Positions 1 to 9,181 of a stretch of 64,000 nt of DNA are shown here, piece after piece. Below the pieces are notes generated by a model. That model did no database searches, was not told the origin of the DNA, and saw only the letters and a list, made by a program, of their open reading frames with translations. Position numbers and translations under genes: made by a program. Numbering within the stretch: position 1 is the stretch's first letter; the number at the start of each line of letters is the position of its first letter. Source of the stretch: Candidatus Versatilivorator sp. (GTDB taxonomy: Bacteria; Acidobacteriota; Terriglobia; Versatilivoradales; Versatilivoraceae); the NCBI GenBank assembly GCA_965207735.1, contig OZ242296.1, forward strand, positions 4,768,001 to 4,832,000, in the 5' to 3' direction.

Positions 1-499
1 TGGCGGCCAGGGCGGCGATCGCACCCACCACCGTCCAGGCGGCCGCATCCGAGAGGCCGCACACGATCGAAAGGGTCAGGAACAGGGTGGTGGCGATGAT
101 TCCCAGCACCAACGTGCGGTACTGCACCTGAACGAAGGCGCAGATGACCCGGGCGGCGGTTCCGAAGCGAGCCTCCAGGTATTCGGCGTTGGTGTAGAGC
201 CCGGCCCGGTACATGGGCAGGCAGATGAAAAAGGCCGCCAGGGTCCAACCCAGCACCGACCCCACCCAGTTGGTGGCGAAGTAGCTGAATCCCAGCAGGT
301 AGGTGCCGCCGGCATCGGCCACCAGGTCGCTGGAGTCGATGGCGGTTGCATACATCGAAAAACCCACCAGCCACCAGGGAAGACTGCGTCCCGCCAGGAA
401 CCAATCGGCGCTGGAGCGCACCCCCCGGCTCAGGTAGAACCCGTAGAGGATGATGACTCCGTTGAGCGCAACCGCCAGCGTCCAGTCCCAGGAGCTCAT
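1..499 (-). CDS. Sodium:solute symporter family protein (partial, runs off window start)
   Basis: Manual translation from ATG at 499: MSSWDWTLAVALNGVIILYGFYLSRGVRSSADWFLAGRSLPWWLVGFSMYATAIDSSDLV...; the 'FLAGRSLPWW..GFS..AT' pattern is typical of an SSS N-terminus. Confidence 0.85.
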   Translation of the reverse strand, partial: MSSWDWTLAVALNGVIILYGFYLSRGVRSSADWFLAGRSLPWWLVGFSMYATAIDSSDLVADAGGTYLLGFSYFATNWVGSVLGWTLAAFFICLPMYRAGLYTNAEYLEARFGTAARVICAFVQVQYRTLVLGIIATTLFLTLSIVCGLSDAAAWTVVGAIAALAA

Positions 500-756
500 G
501 ATCACAACCTATTTTGGGAACGGCCGGAGGAGACTTCCCGAGGCAATCGGCGGAACCGGCCAGCCCCCCCAAGCGCCCGACCATTCTGCAGGAGAAAGAC
601 CGCCAACTCAAGGGTGCAAGGGGCTGGGGTCGGGTGGAAGCGCTTGGGCAGAAGCCCTATCCCCCTATGGTATGCTGTGCCCAATTTGAGCTGCCGCGCG
701 GGGTTGCCGTAGCGTTCGCCCGCGGGCTCGCTCCGCTTGAGTTGAGGAGACAATCG

Positions 757-1689
757 ATGAAACTGGCGACATTGAGGAAGGACGGCGGCAGTTGTGTGGC
801 GGCGATCGTCCCGGACGGGGACAAGCTGATAGACCTCGAGCAGGCATCCCGAGAGACGGGATTTTCCACCGAGCTCTTCGGCGACATGATCACGTTCTTG
901 GAGAGCGGGGCCGAGGGAAGGTCGCTGGCCGGCAGGCTGATCGATCACGGGCTGGCCGAGGGGCGGGGAAGGGCGTTCCGGATGGAGGAGCTGCAAGCCC
1001 CGGTTCCCTGTCCGCGAAAACTCTTCTGCCTGGCCGGCAACTACCTGGAGCATATCGAGGAGGGAGGGGGAGTTGCGGCACCCCAGGACAAGGAGACTCC
1101 CCGGATCTTCATGAAGCCCCCCTCCAGCACCGTGGTCGGGCCGGGCGGGGACATCCGCATTTCGCCGGTGTGCCGGGCCATCGACTGGGAAGGAGAGCTG
1201 GGCGTGGTCATGGGGCGGCGGGTCAAGGCGGTCAAGGCCGACCGGGCTCTCGACTACGTGGCCGGCTACACCATCGTGAACGACGTCTCGGAACGGGATC
1301 TGAAAATCTGGGGGCGTTCCGAAAGCCGGTCCGAGGACTCGTTTTTCGACTGGCTCAACGGCAAGTGGTACGACACCTTTGCCCCCATGGGGCCCTGGCT
1401 CGTCACCACCGAAGACATCCCCGACCCCCAGACGCTGCAGCTCAGCACCTATGTCAACCAGGAACGCAAGCAGAACTGCAGCACGGCTCAGATGATCTTT
1501 CCGGTAGCCATGATCATCGAGTACCTGTCCACCATGGTGACCCTGGAGCCGGGGGATGTCATCAGCACCGGAACGGTGGCCGGCGTGGGAGCCGTCAGCG
1601 GTCAGTACCTGCGGGCGGGGGATCGGGTCAGAGTGGAAATCAGCGGGATTGGTCGGCTCGAAAACCAGGTTGTGGACAGCCCCGATTAG
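757..1689 (+). CDS. Fumarylacetoacetate hydrolase family protein
   Basis: Motifs CLAGNYLEH, IDWEGELGVV, NDVSERD, GKWYDTFAPMGP, TLEPGDVISTGT; GAGGAG SD before ATG 757. Confidence 0.9.
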   Translation: MKLATLRKDGGSCVAAIVPDGDKLIDLEQASRETGFSTELFGDMITFLESGAEGRSLAGRLIDHGLAEGRGRAFRMEELQAPVPCPRKLFCLAGNYLEHIEEGGGVAAPQDKETPRIFMKPPSSTVVGPGGDIRISPVCRAIDWEGELGVVMGRRVKAVKADRALDYVAGYTIVNDVSERDLKIWGRSESRSEDSFFDWLNGKWYDTFAPMGPWLVTTEDIPDPQTLQLSTYVNQERKQNCSTAQMIFPVAMIIEYLSTMVTLEPGDVISTGTVAGVGAVSGQYLRAGDRVRVEISGIGRLENQVVDSPD

Positions 1690-1732
1690 CGTTCGCTGCC
1701 CCGGTGGACCGGTTTGGATCAGGAGAAAAGCC

Positions 1733-2938
1733 ATGAACCACCCGTCCTTGCCTCCGGACGACAGGCTCAACGCCTTCTGCCCGGACAGCCGGGCCTATCT
1801 GCCAGGGGAGGATGGGGGCTCCTTGGCCGGGCTGACTTTCGCCGCCAAGGACATCTTCGACGTCAAGGGTCATGTGACCGGAGGGGGCAATCCCGACTGG
1901 AAGGCCAGTCAACCGGCCGCCGAAGCCACCGCCTGGGCCGTGGAGGTGCTGGTGGGCGCCGGGGGCACCATGGTGGGGAAGACCCACACCGATGAGTTGA
2001 CCCGTGGAATTCTGGGCCTCAATGCCCACTACGGCACACCGCTGAACCCGAGAGCCCCGGGCCGGGTTCCGGGGGGCTCCTCCAGCGGCTCGGCGGCTGC
2101 AGTGGCGGGCGGCCTGGTCGATTTCGCCCTGGGTTCCGACACCGGCGGCTCGGTTCGAATACCGGCCAGCTTCTGCGGACTCTACGGGCTGCGACCCACT
2201 CACGGGCGCATTTCCCTGGACGGAATGCTGCTGCAGGCGCCCAGCTACGACACCGTGGGCTGGTTTGCCCGAGACGCAGGCCTGTTTGCCCGGGTGGGGT
2301 CGGTGCTGCTTCAGACCGAGATCGGCCCGGCTCGGCCGCGCCGCCTGGTGGTGGCCGAGGATGCCTTTGAGGTGGCTGACCAGTCGGTCCGGGCGGCCCT
2401 CGAGCCCCTGGTGGAGCGGCTGGGTGCCTTGATTGGCCTCTCCAGCCGGGAGCGGCTGGCCCCCACCAGCCTCTCGGACTGGGCTGCCGGGCAGCGGGTA
2501 CGGGCAAGCAGCGAGGCCTGGGCGGTAGTCAGGGAATGGATCGACCGCATGAACCCCAGGATGAGCTTTCAGGTGGCGGAGAGTTGCCTGGCCGGCAGAA
2601 GCGTGACACCCGAGGAGGTAGCCGCTGGCCTGGCGGATCGGCAAAAGGTAATGGCCCGCATGAGGACCCTGCTGGCCGGAGATACGGTGGTCTGTCTGCC
2701 CACGGCTCCCACGCCGGCCCCTCCCCGGGCGCAAACCATGTCCGAGCGGCGCCCCATGACCTCCCGCATTGTGCAGTTGACCTGCACCGCCGGAACTATG
2801 GGGGCGCCTCAAATCAACCTGCCCTGGGCCGAGGCGGAGGGGCTGCCGGTGGGACTTTCCCTGATCGCGGCTCCGGGGTCGGACGAGATGCTGATCGCTT
2901 TCGCCCGCGAAGCGGCTGCAATGCTGCAGGTCGAATAA
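1733..2938 (+). CDS. Amidase signature family enzyme
   Basis: AKDIFD (catalytic Lys), PGGSSSGSAAAVA and GSDTGGSVRIPAS; AGGAG SD before ATG 1733. Confidence 0.9.
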   Translation: MNHPSLPPDDRLNAFCPDSRAYLPGEDGGSLAGLTFAAKDIFDVKGHVTGGGNPDWKASQPAAEATAWAVEVLVGAGGTMVGKTHTDELTRGILGLNAHYGTPLNPRAPGRVPGGSSSGSAAAVAGGLVDFALGSDTGGSVRIPASFCGLYGLRPTHGRISLDGMLLQAPSYDTVGWFARDAGLFARVGSVLLQTEIGPARPRRLVVAEDAFEVADQSVRAALEPLVERLGALIGLSSRERLAPTSLSDWAAGQRVRASSEAWAVVREWIDRMNPRMSFQVAESCLAGRSVTPEEVAAGLADRQKVMARMRTLLAGDTVVCLPTAPTPAPPRAQTMSERRPMTSRIVQLTCTAGTMGAPQINLPWAEAEGLPVGLSLIAAPGSDEMLIAFAREAAAMLQVE

Positions 2939-2949
2939 AGTCGTCCGGC

Positions 2950-3013
2950 AAATGTTGCAATTGGCCGCTCCCGAAACTTGCAATCGGCCGCTTGGCAAAC
3001 TTGCAGTTAGCCG
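2950..3013 (+). repeat. Three imperfect direct repeats with 23-bp period
   Basis: ttgcaattggccg at 2955, ttgcaatcggccg at 2978, ttgcagttagccg at 3001. Confidence 0.65.
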
Positions 3014-3024
3014 AACTATTCTGA

Positions 3025-3510
3025 ATGCTGATTTCGATCCTGTTATGGACCCTGGCCCTGCTGCTGGTGGCGGTGGGGGTGGCGGGGACGATCATGCCGG
3101 GGCTGCCGGGCACCGTGCTGGTGCTGGCCGGCTTGGTGCTGGCTGCCTGGATCGATGGGTTCTCCCGCATCGGCGGTGTAACGGTAGCAGTGCTGGTGGG
3201 CCTCACCCTGCTGGCCTACGCGGCCGACTTTGTCGCGGGAGCCCTTGGGGCCAAGCGTTCGGGCGCCAGTGGGCGGGCCGCGGCCGGAGCCGGGCTGGGT
3301 GCGCTGGTGGGGCTGTTCTTCGGCATCGTCGGGGTGCTGGTCGGCCCCTTCCTGGGGGCGGTGCTGGGTGAGCTGAGCCTCCACGGCAACCTGGAAAGGG
3401 CCGGCCGCGCGGGCATCGGCACCTGGCTGGGAATGGTCGTGGGCACGGCGGTCAAGGTGTCGCTGGTCTTCATGATGATTGCGGTCTTTCTGCTGGCCTA
3501 TTTCTTCTAG
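3025..3510 (+). CDS. DUF456 (YqgC-like) membrane protein
   Basis: 161 aa hydrophobic protein with G..PGLPG, GAKRSGAS and GPFLGAVLGEL motifs. Confidence 0.8.
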   Translation: MLISILLWTLALLLVAVGVAGTIMPGLPGTVLVLAGLVLAAWIDGFSRIGGVTVAVLVGLTLLAYAADFVAGALGAKRSGASGRAAAGAGLGALVGLFFGIVGVLVGPFLGAVLGELSLHGNLERAGRAGIGTWLGMVVGTAVKVSLVFMMIAVFLLAYFF

Positions 3511-3635
3511 ACGAAGGAGTGCTCCACCGTCTTCGCGCCCGTCGGTGCAGCATCGGGACCGCGTGATTCTTGAAATTTCCGCCGATTGCGGCTAATTTGC
3601 AGCCTATTCCCCTTTCGGTTTCGACCGCAGGGCGC

Positions 3636-3665
3636 GGGGCCTCTTCGGAGGCCCCTGCTTTTTTT
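3636..3665 (+). terminator. Rho-independent terminator
   Basis: ggggcctc-ttcg-gaggcccc 8-bp stem followed by a T7 run (3659-3665). Confidence 0.8.
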
Positions 3666-3690
3666 GGGCCGGAATCGATTGGGGCGGATC

Positions 3691-5040
3691 TCAGGCCTTG
3701 TGCTTCAGCCCACGCCAGTCCAGGTGACGGGTCAGGTACATGGTGACGGCCAGCGCCAGGAAGAGGCCGAGGGAGCCGACCAGCAGGGCGTAGTCCTGAT
3801 TGCGAAGCAGGATATAGAGGTACCCGTACAAGAGCCCCAGGATGACGGCCATCAAGGCGGCCCCGCGGGGCTTGCCCAGCACCGACAGGCTGTAGCTGAC
3901 GAGCAGGACCACGGTGGAGACGCCGGCCAGAAGATAGGCCGGGCCGAAACCCAGGTGCTCGGAAAGGGAAAGCACCAGCAGATAGAACAGGCACATCCCC
4001 GCGCCCATCAGCAGGTATTGCAGCGTGTGAATCCGCAATCCCGAGAGAACTTCATAGAGCCACAGGGTGATGAAGGTCAGAGCCAGGAACAGGATGGCGT
4101 ACTTGACGCTGCGATCGACCATCCGATAGGGGTCGACCGGTGTTGCCAGTGTCAGGCCGAAGCGGGAGGGTGGGATCGAGGACGGGGCGGTTTGGGAGGT
4201 CCACCTCTGAGGGTAGCTGCGTCCCAGGAAGGGTATGCTCCAACTGGCCTCGAACCCCCGGTCCGTCACCGTGCGCTCGACCGGGAGCCAGTTTCCCTGG
4301 AAGCTGGGATGGGGCCAGTTCGACTGCAGGTCGACGGTGGTCTGCTTGCCGAAGGGTGAAAAGAAAACAGCCCCGCTGCCATTGAGCTCCAGCGGAAATT
4401 TGAAATCGAAGGCTGCTCCCTTCAGCCGCTCTCGCAGGCTGGCGTGAATTCCGGGAAGGTCGCCGCTGGATTCCCCCGATCCGGGCTGAAAGGGAAGACT
4501 TTGGCCGTTCCAGGAGAGCACGGCTGAATTCTGGATGGCTCGGGGATCGGAGATATTCACCGAGAGATGGGCGCGGTCCCAGAGAATAGCCTCCGGTCGG
4601 ACTCCCCATTCGCTGAAGTCGGGCTCGGCGAACGCACCCCGCAATTCCAGGGCCAATCGATACACAGGAACCTCGAAGATGCCCCGATAGCGCAGGTGGG
4701 TCTCGGCCCTGCCGGAGATGGTGAGCCTTTCCGCCAGAAAGTGTCCGTAGACCACTTCGGTGCGGGTGGAGAGTTCACCCTCGGCGGTCCGCTCGCTGTG
4801 GTGTTCCAGGTAGGGGATGACAATCCGGGGGCCCGCCAGGGACTGCTCCTTGCCCCACTTGGAGGTAACTTCCCGTGTGGCTTCTTGCTGTCTCGTCTGG
4901 CGCTCCGAAGTCACGTTGTAAATCAGCAGGATGGGAATCTGCAGCAGGAGCACCAGCAGCCCCAGCAGGCAGGCCCGCCAAAGGGGTGAGTTCAGGAAAG
5001 CCTGCCGGTTGAGCAGGGATCTGGGCGATTCGGTTGACAT
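3691..5040 (-). CDS. creD: Cell envelope integrity inner-membrane protein CreD
   Basis: RYRGIFEVPVY, SNWPHPSFQG..LP, YR..DRSVKYAILF, QYLLMG, LSLSEH and MYLTRHLDW motifs; GAGGAG SD before ATG 5040. Confidence 0.88.
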   Translation of the reverse strand: MSTESPRSLLNRQAFLNSPLWRACLLGLLVLLLQIPILLIYNVTSERQTRQQEATREVTSKWGKEQSLAGPRIVIPYLEHHSERTAEGELSTRTEVVYGHFLAERLTISGRAETHLRYRGIFEVPVYRLALELRGAFAEPDFSEWGVRPEAILWDRAHLSVNISDPRAIQNSAVLSWNGQSLPFQPGSGESSGDLPGIHASLRERLKGAAFDFKFPLELNGSGAVFFSPFGKQTTVDLQSNWPHPSFQGNWLPVERTVTDRGFEASWSIPFLGRSYPQRWTSQTAPSSIPPSRFGLTLATPVDPYRMVDRSVKYAILFLALTFITLWLYEVLSGLRIHTLQYLLMGAGMCLFYLLVLSLSEHLGFGPAYLLAGVSTVVLLVSYSLSVLGKPRGAALMAVILGLLYGYLYILLRNQDYALLVGSLGLFLALAVTMYLTRHLDWRGLKHKA

Positions 5041-5259
5041 CGGGAGATCTCCTCGGCAAGATACCGCTTCAATTCCCAGATTCAGACTACAGCCATGGGC
5101 CGGGTCTGCCAAAGATAATGGTGCCGGCTACAACTTTCTGGGAGCAATCCCGGCCAACTTGATATAGTGTGGGCCACTCAGTTGTCGCGGGCCAGGTTCT
5201 TGGCAATTGGCCGGGCTTGAAATCCGTCCCCGATCAGGGGGACTCCGGAGATCGCAATC

Positions 5260-7017
5260 ATGCCAAATGCACTCTTAGTTTACCCTGAATTTCCTCCGTC
5301 CTACTGGGGCGGCAAGTTCGCCCTGGAGTTTGTCGGGAAAAAGGCGGGCTTTCCCGCCTTGGGCCTGCTCACCATTGCCGGCATGTTCCCCTCCCGATAC
5401 GACCTCCGTGTGGTGGATCTGAACGTGACCACCATGAAGGACTCGGACCTGGAATGGGCCGACGTGGTGTTTACCTCCACCATGATCGTTCAACGCGATT
5501 CCCTGGACTCGGTGGTCGAGCAGTGCAACCGGGCCGGCGTTCCGGTGGTGGCCGGTGGGCCTCACCCCACTACCTATCACGAGGAAATCCAGGGAGTAGA
5601 CCACTTCCTGCTGGATGAAGTCGAGGAAATCCTTCCGCAATTTCTGCGGGACCTGGAGACCGGAACCGCCAAGGCCATCTACCGGGCGCCGGAGAAACCC
5701 GATGTGACGCGCACGCCGGTCCCTCGCTTCGACCTCGTCGACATGAAGGACTACTACTCGATGTGCCTGCAGTTCTCCCGGGGGTGCCCCTTCGACTGCG
5801 AGTTCTGCGACATCACCAAGCTCTTCGGCCGCGTGCCGCGGACCAAGACGCCGCAACAGATGTTGGGTGAATTGGACTCCATCTATGAGCTGGGTTGGCG
5901 AGGCAACGTCTTCCTGGTGGACGACAACTTCATCGGCAACAAGCGGGAGGCGCTGGAACTCCTGCCCGTGGTGGCCGAGTGGCAGAGGGACCACCGCTAT
6001 CCCTTCGCCCTCTTCACCGAGGCCAGTGTCAACCTGTCCCGAAACGACGAATTGATGGAGGCCATGATCGAGGCCGGTTTCGATTGGGTGTTTCTGGGGA
6101 TCGAGACTCCCAATCCCGAGGCTCTGATCAAGACCAAGAAGGCTCAGAACACCAGCAAGAAGAAAGAGGAAAATTACCTACTGAGCGCCGTTCGCACGAT
6201 TCAGCAGAAAGGGATGGAGGTCAGCGGTGGATTCATCCTGGGCCTGGACGGCGACGACGAAGGGGTGTTCGACGCCCAGATCGACTTCATACAGGAAGCC
6301 GGCATTCCCATGGCCATGGTGGGGCTGTTGACGGCTCTGAAGGGCACCGACCTTTACGACCGTCTCAAGAGGGAAGACCGGTTGCTGGAGGAGACCACCG
6401 GGACCAGCGTCAACGTGGTCCTCAACTACAAGCCCGAGATGGAGGCCCAGACCTTGATCGAGGGATATCGACGGGTGCTGACCACCATCTACGACCCGAC
6501 TCTGGAGAACTACTTCAGACGCTGTCTGAACATGATGGAGCATGTCAAGCCCAGCCCCTACGTTTCCAAGCCGGTGGGCATGAACGAGGTGCGGGCCATT
6601 GGCAAGTCGTTGCGCCGGCAGCTCTTCTCCCGGCAGGGTCCTGCTTACCTCAAGTTCATTGCCAAGGTGGCCAGGGACCATCCCCGCATGCTCACCAAGG
6701 CATTCCATCTGGCCGTCATGGGATACCACTTCGAGAAGGTCACCAGCCAGCAGATCGCCATCCACGACTTCAAGGAGTTCCTGGCGGCCGAGCTGGAATC
6801 GTTCGAAGCAGCGGTTTCGCACTCGATGCGTGCCGGAGCCCGGGAAGTGGACGAACTCAGGGGCCAGATGCAGGAGCTGTTCTCGCGAGTCCATGCCCGC
6901 TACGAGTCCATGCACGACGACATTCGCTATGGCGTCGAGGATGCCCTGGAGTCCTTCCGTTCGGCCGTGAACGCCCGGGTGGACCAGTTTGCGCGTCCGG
7001 CAGTCGCCGGGGCCTAG
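5260..7017 (+). CDS. Cobalamin-binding radical SAM protein (DUF4070-type)
   Basis: N-terminal B12-binding region (LGLLTIA, VVAGGPH), RGCPFDCEFC CxxxCxxC motif, FLVDDNFIGN, FLGIET. Confidence 0.85.
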   Translation: MPNALLVYPEFPPSYWGGKFALEFVGKKAGFPALGLLTIAGMFPSRYDLRVVDLNVTTMKDSDLEWADVVFTSTMIVQRDSLDSVVEQCNRAGVPVVAGGPHPTTYHEEIQGVDHFLLDEVEEILPQFLRDLETGTAKAIYRAPEKPDVTRTPVPRFDLVDMKDYYSMCLQFSRGCPFDCEFCDITKLFGRVPRTKTPQQMLGELDSIYELGWRGNVFLVDDNFIGNKREALELLPVVAEWQRDHRYPFALFTEASVNLSRNDELMEAMIEAGFDWVFLGIETPNPEALIKTKKAQNTSKKKEENYLLSAVRTIQQKGMEVSGGFILGLDGDDEGVFDAQIDFIQEAGIPMAMVGLLTALKGTDLYDRLKREDRLLEETTGTSVNVVLNYKPEMEAQTLIEGYRRVLTTIYDPTLENYFRRCLNMMEHVKPSPYVSKPVGMNEVRAIGKSLRRQLFSRQGPAYLKFIAKVARDHPRMLTKAFHLAVMGYHFEKVTSQQIAIHDFKEFLAAELESFEAAVSHSMRAGAREVDELRGQMQELFSRVHARYESMHDDIRYGVEDALESFRSAVNARVDQFARPAVAGA

Positions 7018-7065
7018 CCAAGCTGAAACAAGGCGCCAAGGCAGCAGGACCGCAACCCGCTTCCA

Positions 7066-7232
7066 CCCCCCACCGCATCAGTCTTCGCCTGCCCGCTCGA
7101 CCTCTGCGACTCCCTCTCGGCGCACAAGCCCTCGCCTGAGGACTCGCCTTGTGCGAACCCCCCACCGCATCGGCCTTCGCCTGCGGCTCGACCTCTCGCC
7201 GACTCCCCCTCAAGGGGGGAGTGATACTTGAG
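7066..7232. repeat. REP-like palindromic element (family B), two tandem subunits
   Basis: cccccaccgcatc(a/g)g(t/c)cttcgcctgc..ctcgacctct occurs twice; ends in hairpin actcccc-ctcaagg-ggggagt; 34 bp at 7199-7232 are identical to 25586-25619. Confidence 0.8.
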
Positions 7233-7275
7233 TTTTTGAAGGAGGTATGGTGGAGTGGCGGGGGGGTAGAGTTCC

Positions 7276-8460
7276 ATGAAAGTGAAGGTCGATGAGCTGC
7301 AGGCCTGTCTGCTGAGTTCGCCGCTGCCCCAACCGCTCCGGCGACCGGTTCAGGGAGGCCAGGTCACCATCTACAAGCGCGATTGCCTGCTGGTCCGCGC
7401 CCGCACCAACCAGGGGCAGGTGGGTTTTGGGGTCGGCACTCCCTCTCCCAACGTGGCTCAGTTGATCAATCGAAACCTGCGTGCGGCCGTGGTGGGCCTC
7501 AACCCCGGAAACCTGGCCGGCCTGCGGAGGAAAGTGTTCCACCGCCGGCCGAGGTACCCGGGCCTGGTGCAGGCCTTTGCCGCCGTGGAAATGGCCTTGC
7601 TGGACCTTCAGGGACAGATCGCGAAGTGCTCCCTGTCGGAGTTGCTGGGTGGACGGGCAAGACGCAGAGTCCGAATCTACGCCAGCGGAGGCGTCTACCT
7701 CGATGGCGAGGAGAGTGTCCGGGAGGCCGGTTTTTGGGCCGGTTCGGGGTTCTCGGCCTGCAAGCTGGAATTGGGGCTGTCGCCCCGGCAAGACATGCAG
7801 ACCGTCCGCAAGCTGCGCGATGCCTTTCCTGCGCCCTGGGCGATCATGGTGGACGCCAGGGCCTGGCGCGGGGGGCACTACGGGTTGGAGGAGATCGGGC
7901 GGCTGCTGCGGGACATGGCTTCCAGCCGACTCGAATGGGTTGAAGAACCGGTGGCTCCGCAGGACATTGGGACACTTCGGCAGTTGAACAAGGATTGTCC
8001 GGTTCCGATCTCGGGAGGGGGTGGCGTGTCTTCTCTGGAAGGCTGGCTCGACCTGGCCCGAAGAGGATCGCAGGATGTCCTGCAGTTGGATGTGCTTCAT
8101 CTTGGGGGACTGGTCGACGGTCACCAGGCCTTGCGGGAGGTGCAACCGCTTGGCCGCCGGGTGGCCATGGGAAGGCTTTCGACTCCACTGGAAGCAGCAG
8201 CCCTGGTCCAGTTGGCCAGTTGTTTCGAGGTGGACCTGGTGGGTTGGATGGAATGGGCGCAATTCTCCGGCGACGGCAGGTCCGGCACCTATCCCTTTCG
8301 GCTGGCGGAGCAGATGCTGCACACTCCCCTGCGGGTCGATCAGGGGGAGCTTGTCGTTCCTGACGCTCCGGGGCTGGGCGTCAACGTCAATGAGGCTGTG
8401 ATCCGTCGATTCCCTTATCGCAGCGGGCCCTGCTCGAGTTTTCAGCCGACCGGCACGTGA
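7276..8460 (+). CDS. Mandelate racemase/muconate lactonizing enzyme family protein (degenerate active site)
   Basis: AAVEMALLDLQG, LLGG, IYASGG, IMVDA, WVEEP and PDAPGLGV motifs. Confidence 0.8.
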   Translation: MKVKVDELQACLLSSPLPQPLRRPVQGGQVTIYKRDCLLVRARTNQGQVGFGVGTPSPNVAQLINRNLRAAVVGLNPGNLAGLRRKVFHRRPRYPGLVQAFAAVEMALLDLQGQIAKCSLSELLGGRARRRVRIYASGGVYLDGEESVREAGFWAGSGFSACKLELGLSPRQDMQTVRKLRDAFPAPWAIMVDARAWRGGHYGLEEIGRLLRDMASSRLEWVEEPVAPQDIGTLRQLNKDCPVPISGGGGVSSLEGWLDLARRGSQDVLQLDVLHLGGLVDGHQALREVQPLGRRVAMGRLSTPLEAAALVQLASCFEVDLVGWMEWAQFSGDGRSGTYPFRLAEQMLHTPLRVDQGELVVPDAPGLGVNVNEAVIRRFPYRSGPCSSFQPTGT

Positions 8461-8500
8461 GTCGTCGCCGCCTCCGCCACCCCCGGCGGGGCGAAAAGGG

Positions 8501-8529
8501 TTGGATTGGGGTTCCTTTCTCCTTATAAT
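8501..8529 (+). promoter_or_regulatory. Sigma70-type promoter
   Basis: TTGGAT-17 bp-TATAAT upstream of ORF 8574. Confidence 0.55.
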
Positions 8530-8573
8530 CCAGTCGCAAACCGGGAAGGATCTCAAAGAGGCAGAGGCCGCTG

Positions 8574-9017
8574 ATGAAAGTAACCATTCTGACCGTTTAT
8601 TCCAGTGCCGGCGTGATCAAGGATCTGGAGAAGTTGATTCTGGAGATGACCGAGGAGGAACCGGACATCTATACGGACCTCAATATGGATAACGAAGAAG
8701 GCACGTTCACGGCCGAGTGGTTTCATCCCGATCTGGGAGAGAAGAACCTGGACTACCGGGAGAAGCTCTATTGGAAGATTCGCGAATTTCTGCCGGAATC
8801 GCATCTGGCCATTATCGAGGACGAAGAGAGCGAAGAGATCATGACGGTCGGGGACCTGAATTTCTTCAAGAACGTCATCAAGCGCGCCAGGGACCTGGAG
8901 GAACTCGAAGAGATCCAGGAGCGGATCGAACAGACTGAAATCGGCAATCCTCTTCTCCAGATCATCCTGAACAAGTCCTACCAGACCAAGGTCAAGTCTC
9001 TGCAGCCTTCTACCTGA
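8574..9017 (+). CDS. Hypothetical acidic protein (147 aa)
   Basis: Clean ORF with GAGG SD and its own promoter; no motif recognised. Confidence 0.75.
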   Translation: MKVTILTVYSSAGVIKDLEKLILEMTEEEPDIYTDLNMDNEEGTFTAEWFHPDLGEKNLDYREKLYWKIREFLPESHLAIIEDEESEEIMTVGDLNFFKNVIKRARDLEELEEIQERIEQTEIGNPLLQIILNKSYQTKVKSLQPST

Positions 9018-9078
9018 CCATCCCTTTGCGATTGTTTGCGCCTCTCCCCGTTCCGGCCAGCTCGCCGGCCTTTAGACG

Positions 9079-9106
9079 TTGACATCCCATTGGCCCCGGC
9101 TATAAT
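9079..9106 (+). promoter_or_regulatory. Consensus sigma70 promoter of the yceD-rpmF-fab operon
   Basis: TTGACA-16 bp-TATAAT. Confidence 0.8.
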
Positions 9107-9181
9107 GAAGCGCTTTGGTTTTGAGGTACTTAACCCTCATTTCTCACCAGGCGCCAAGAGGGCCGGCTTGGCGCGAAGCTC

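Noticed and set aside
2945-3010. Sigma54 -24/-12 promoter among the TTGC repeats
   Set aside because: GG-to-GC spacing does not fit GG-N10-GC
5041-5259. Cobalamin riboswitch before the B12 radical SAM gene
   Set aside because: No B12-box or conserved core motifs recognisable
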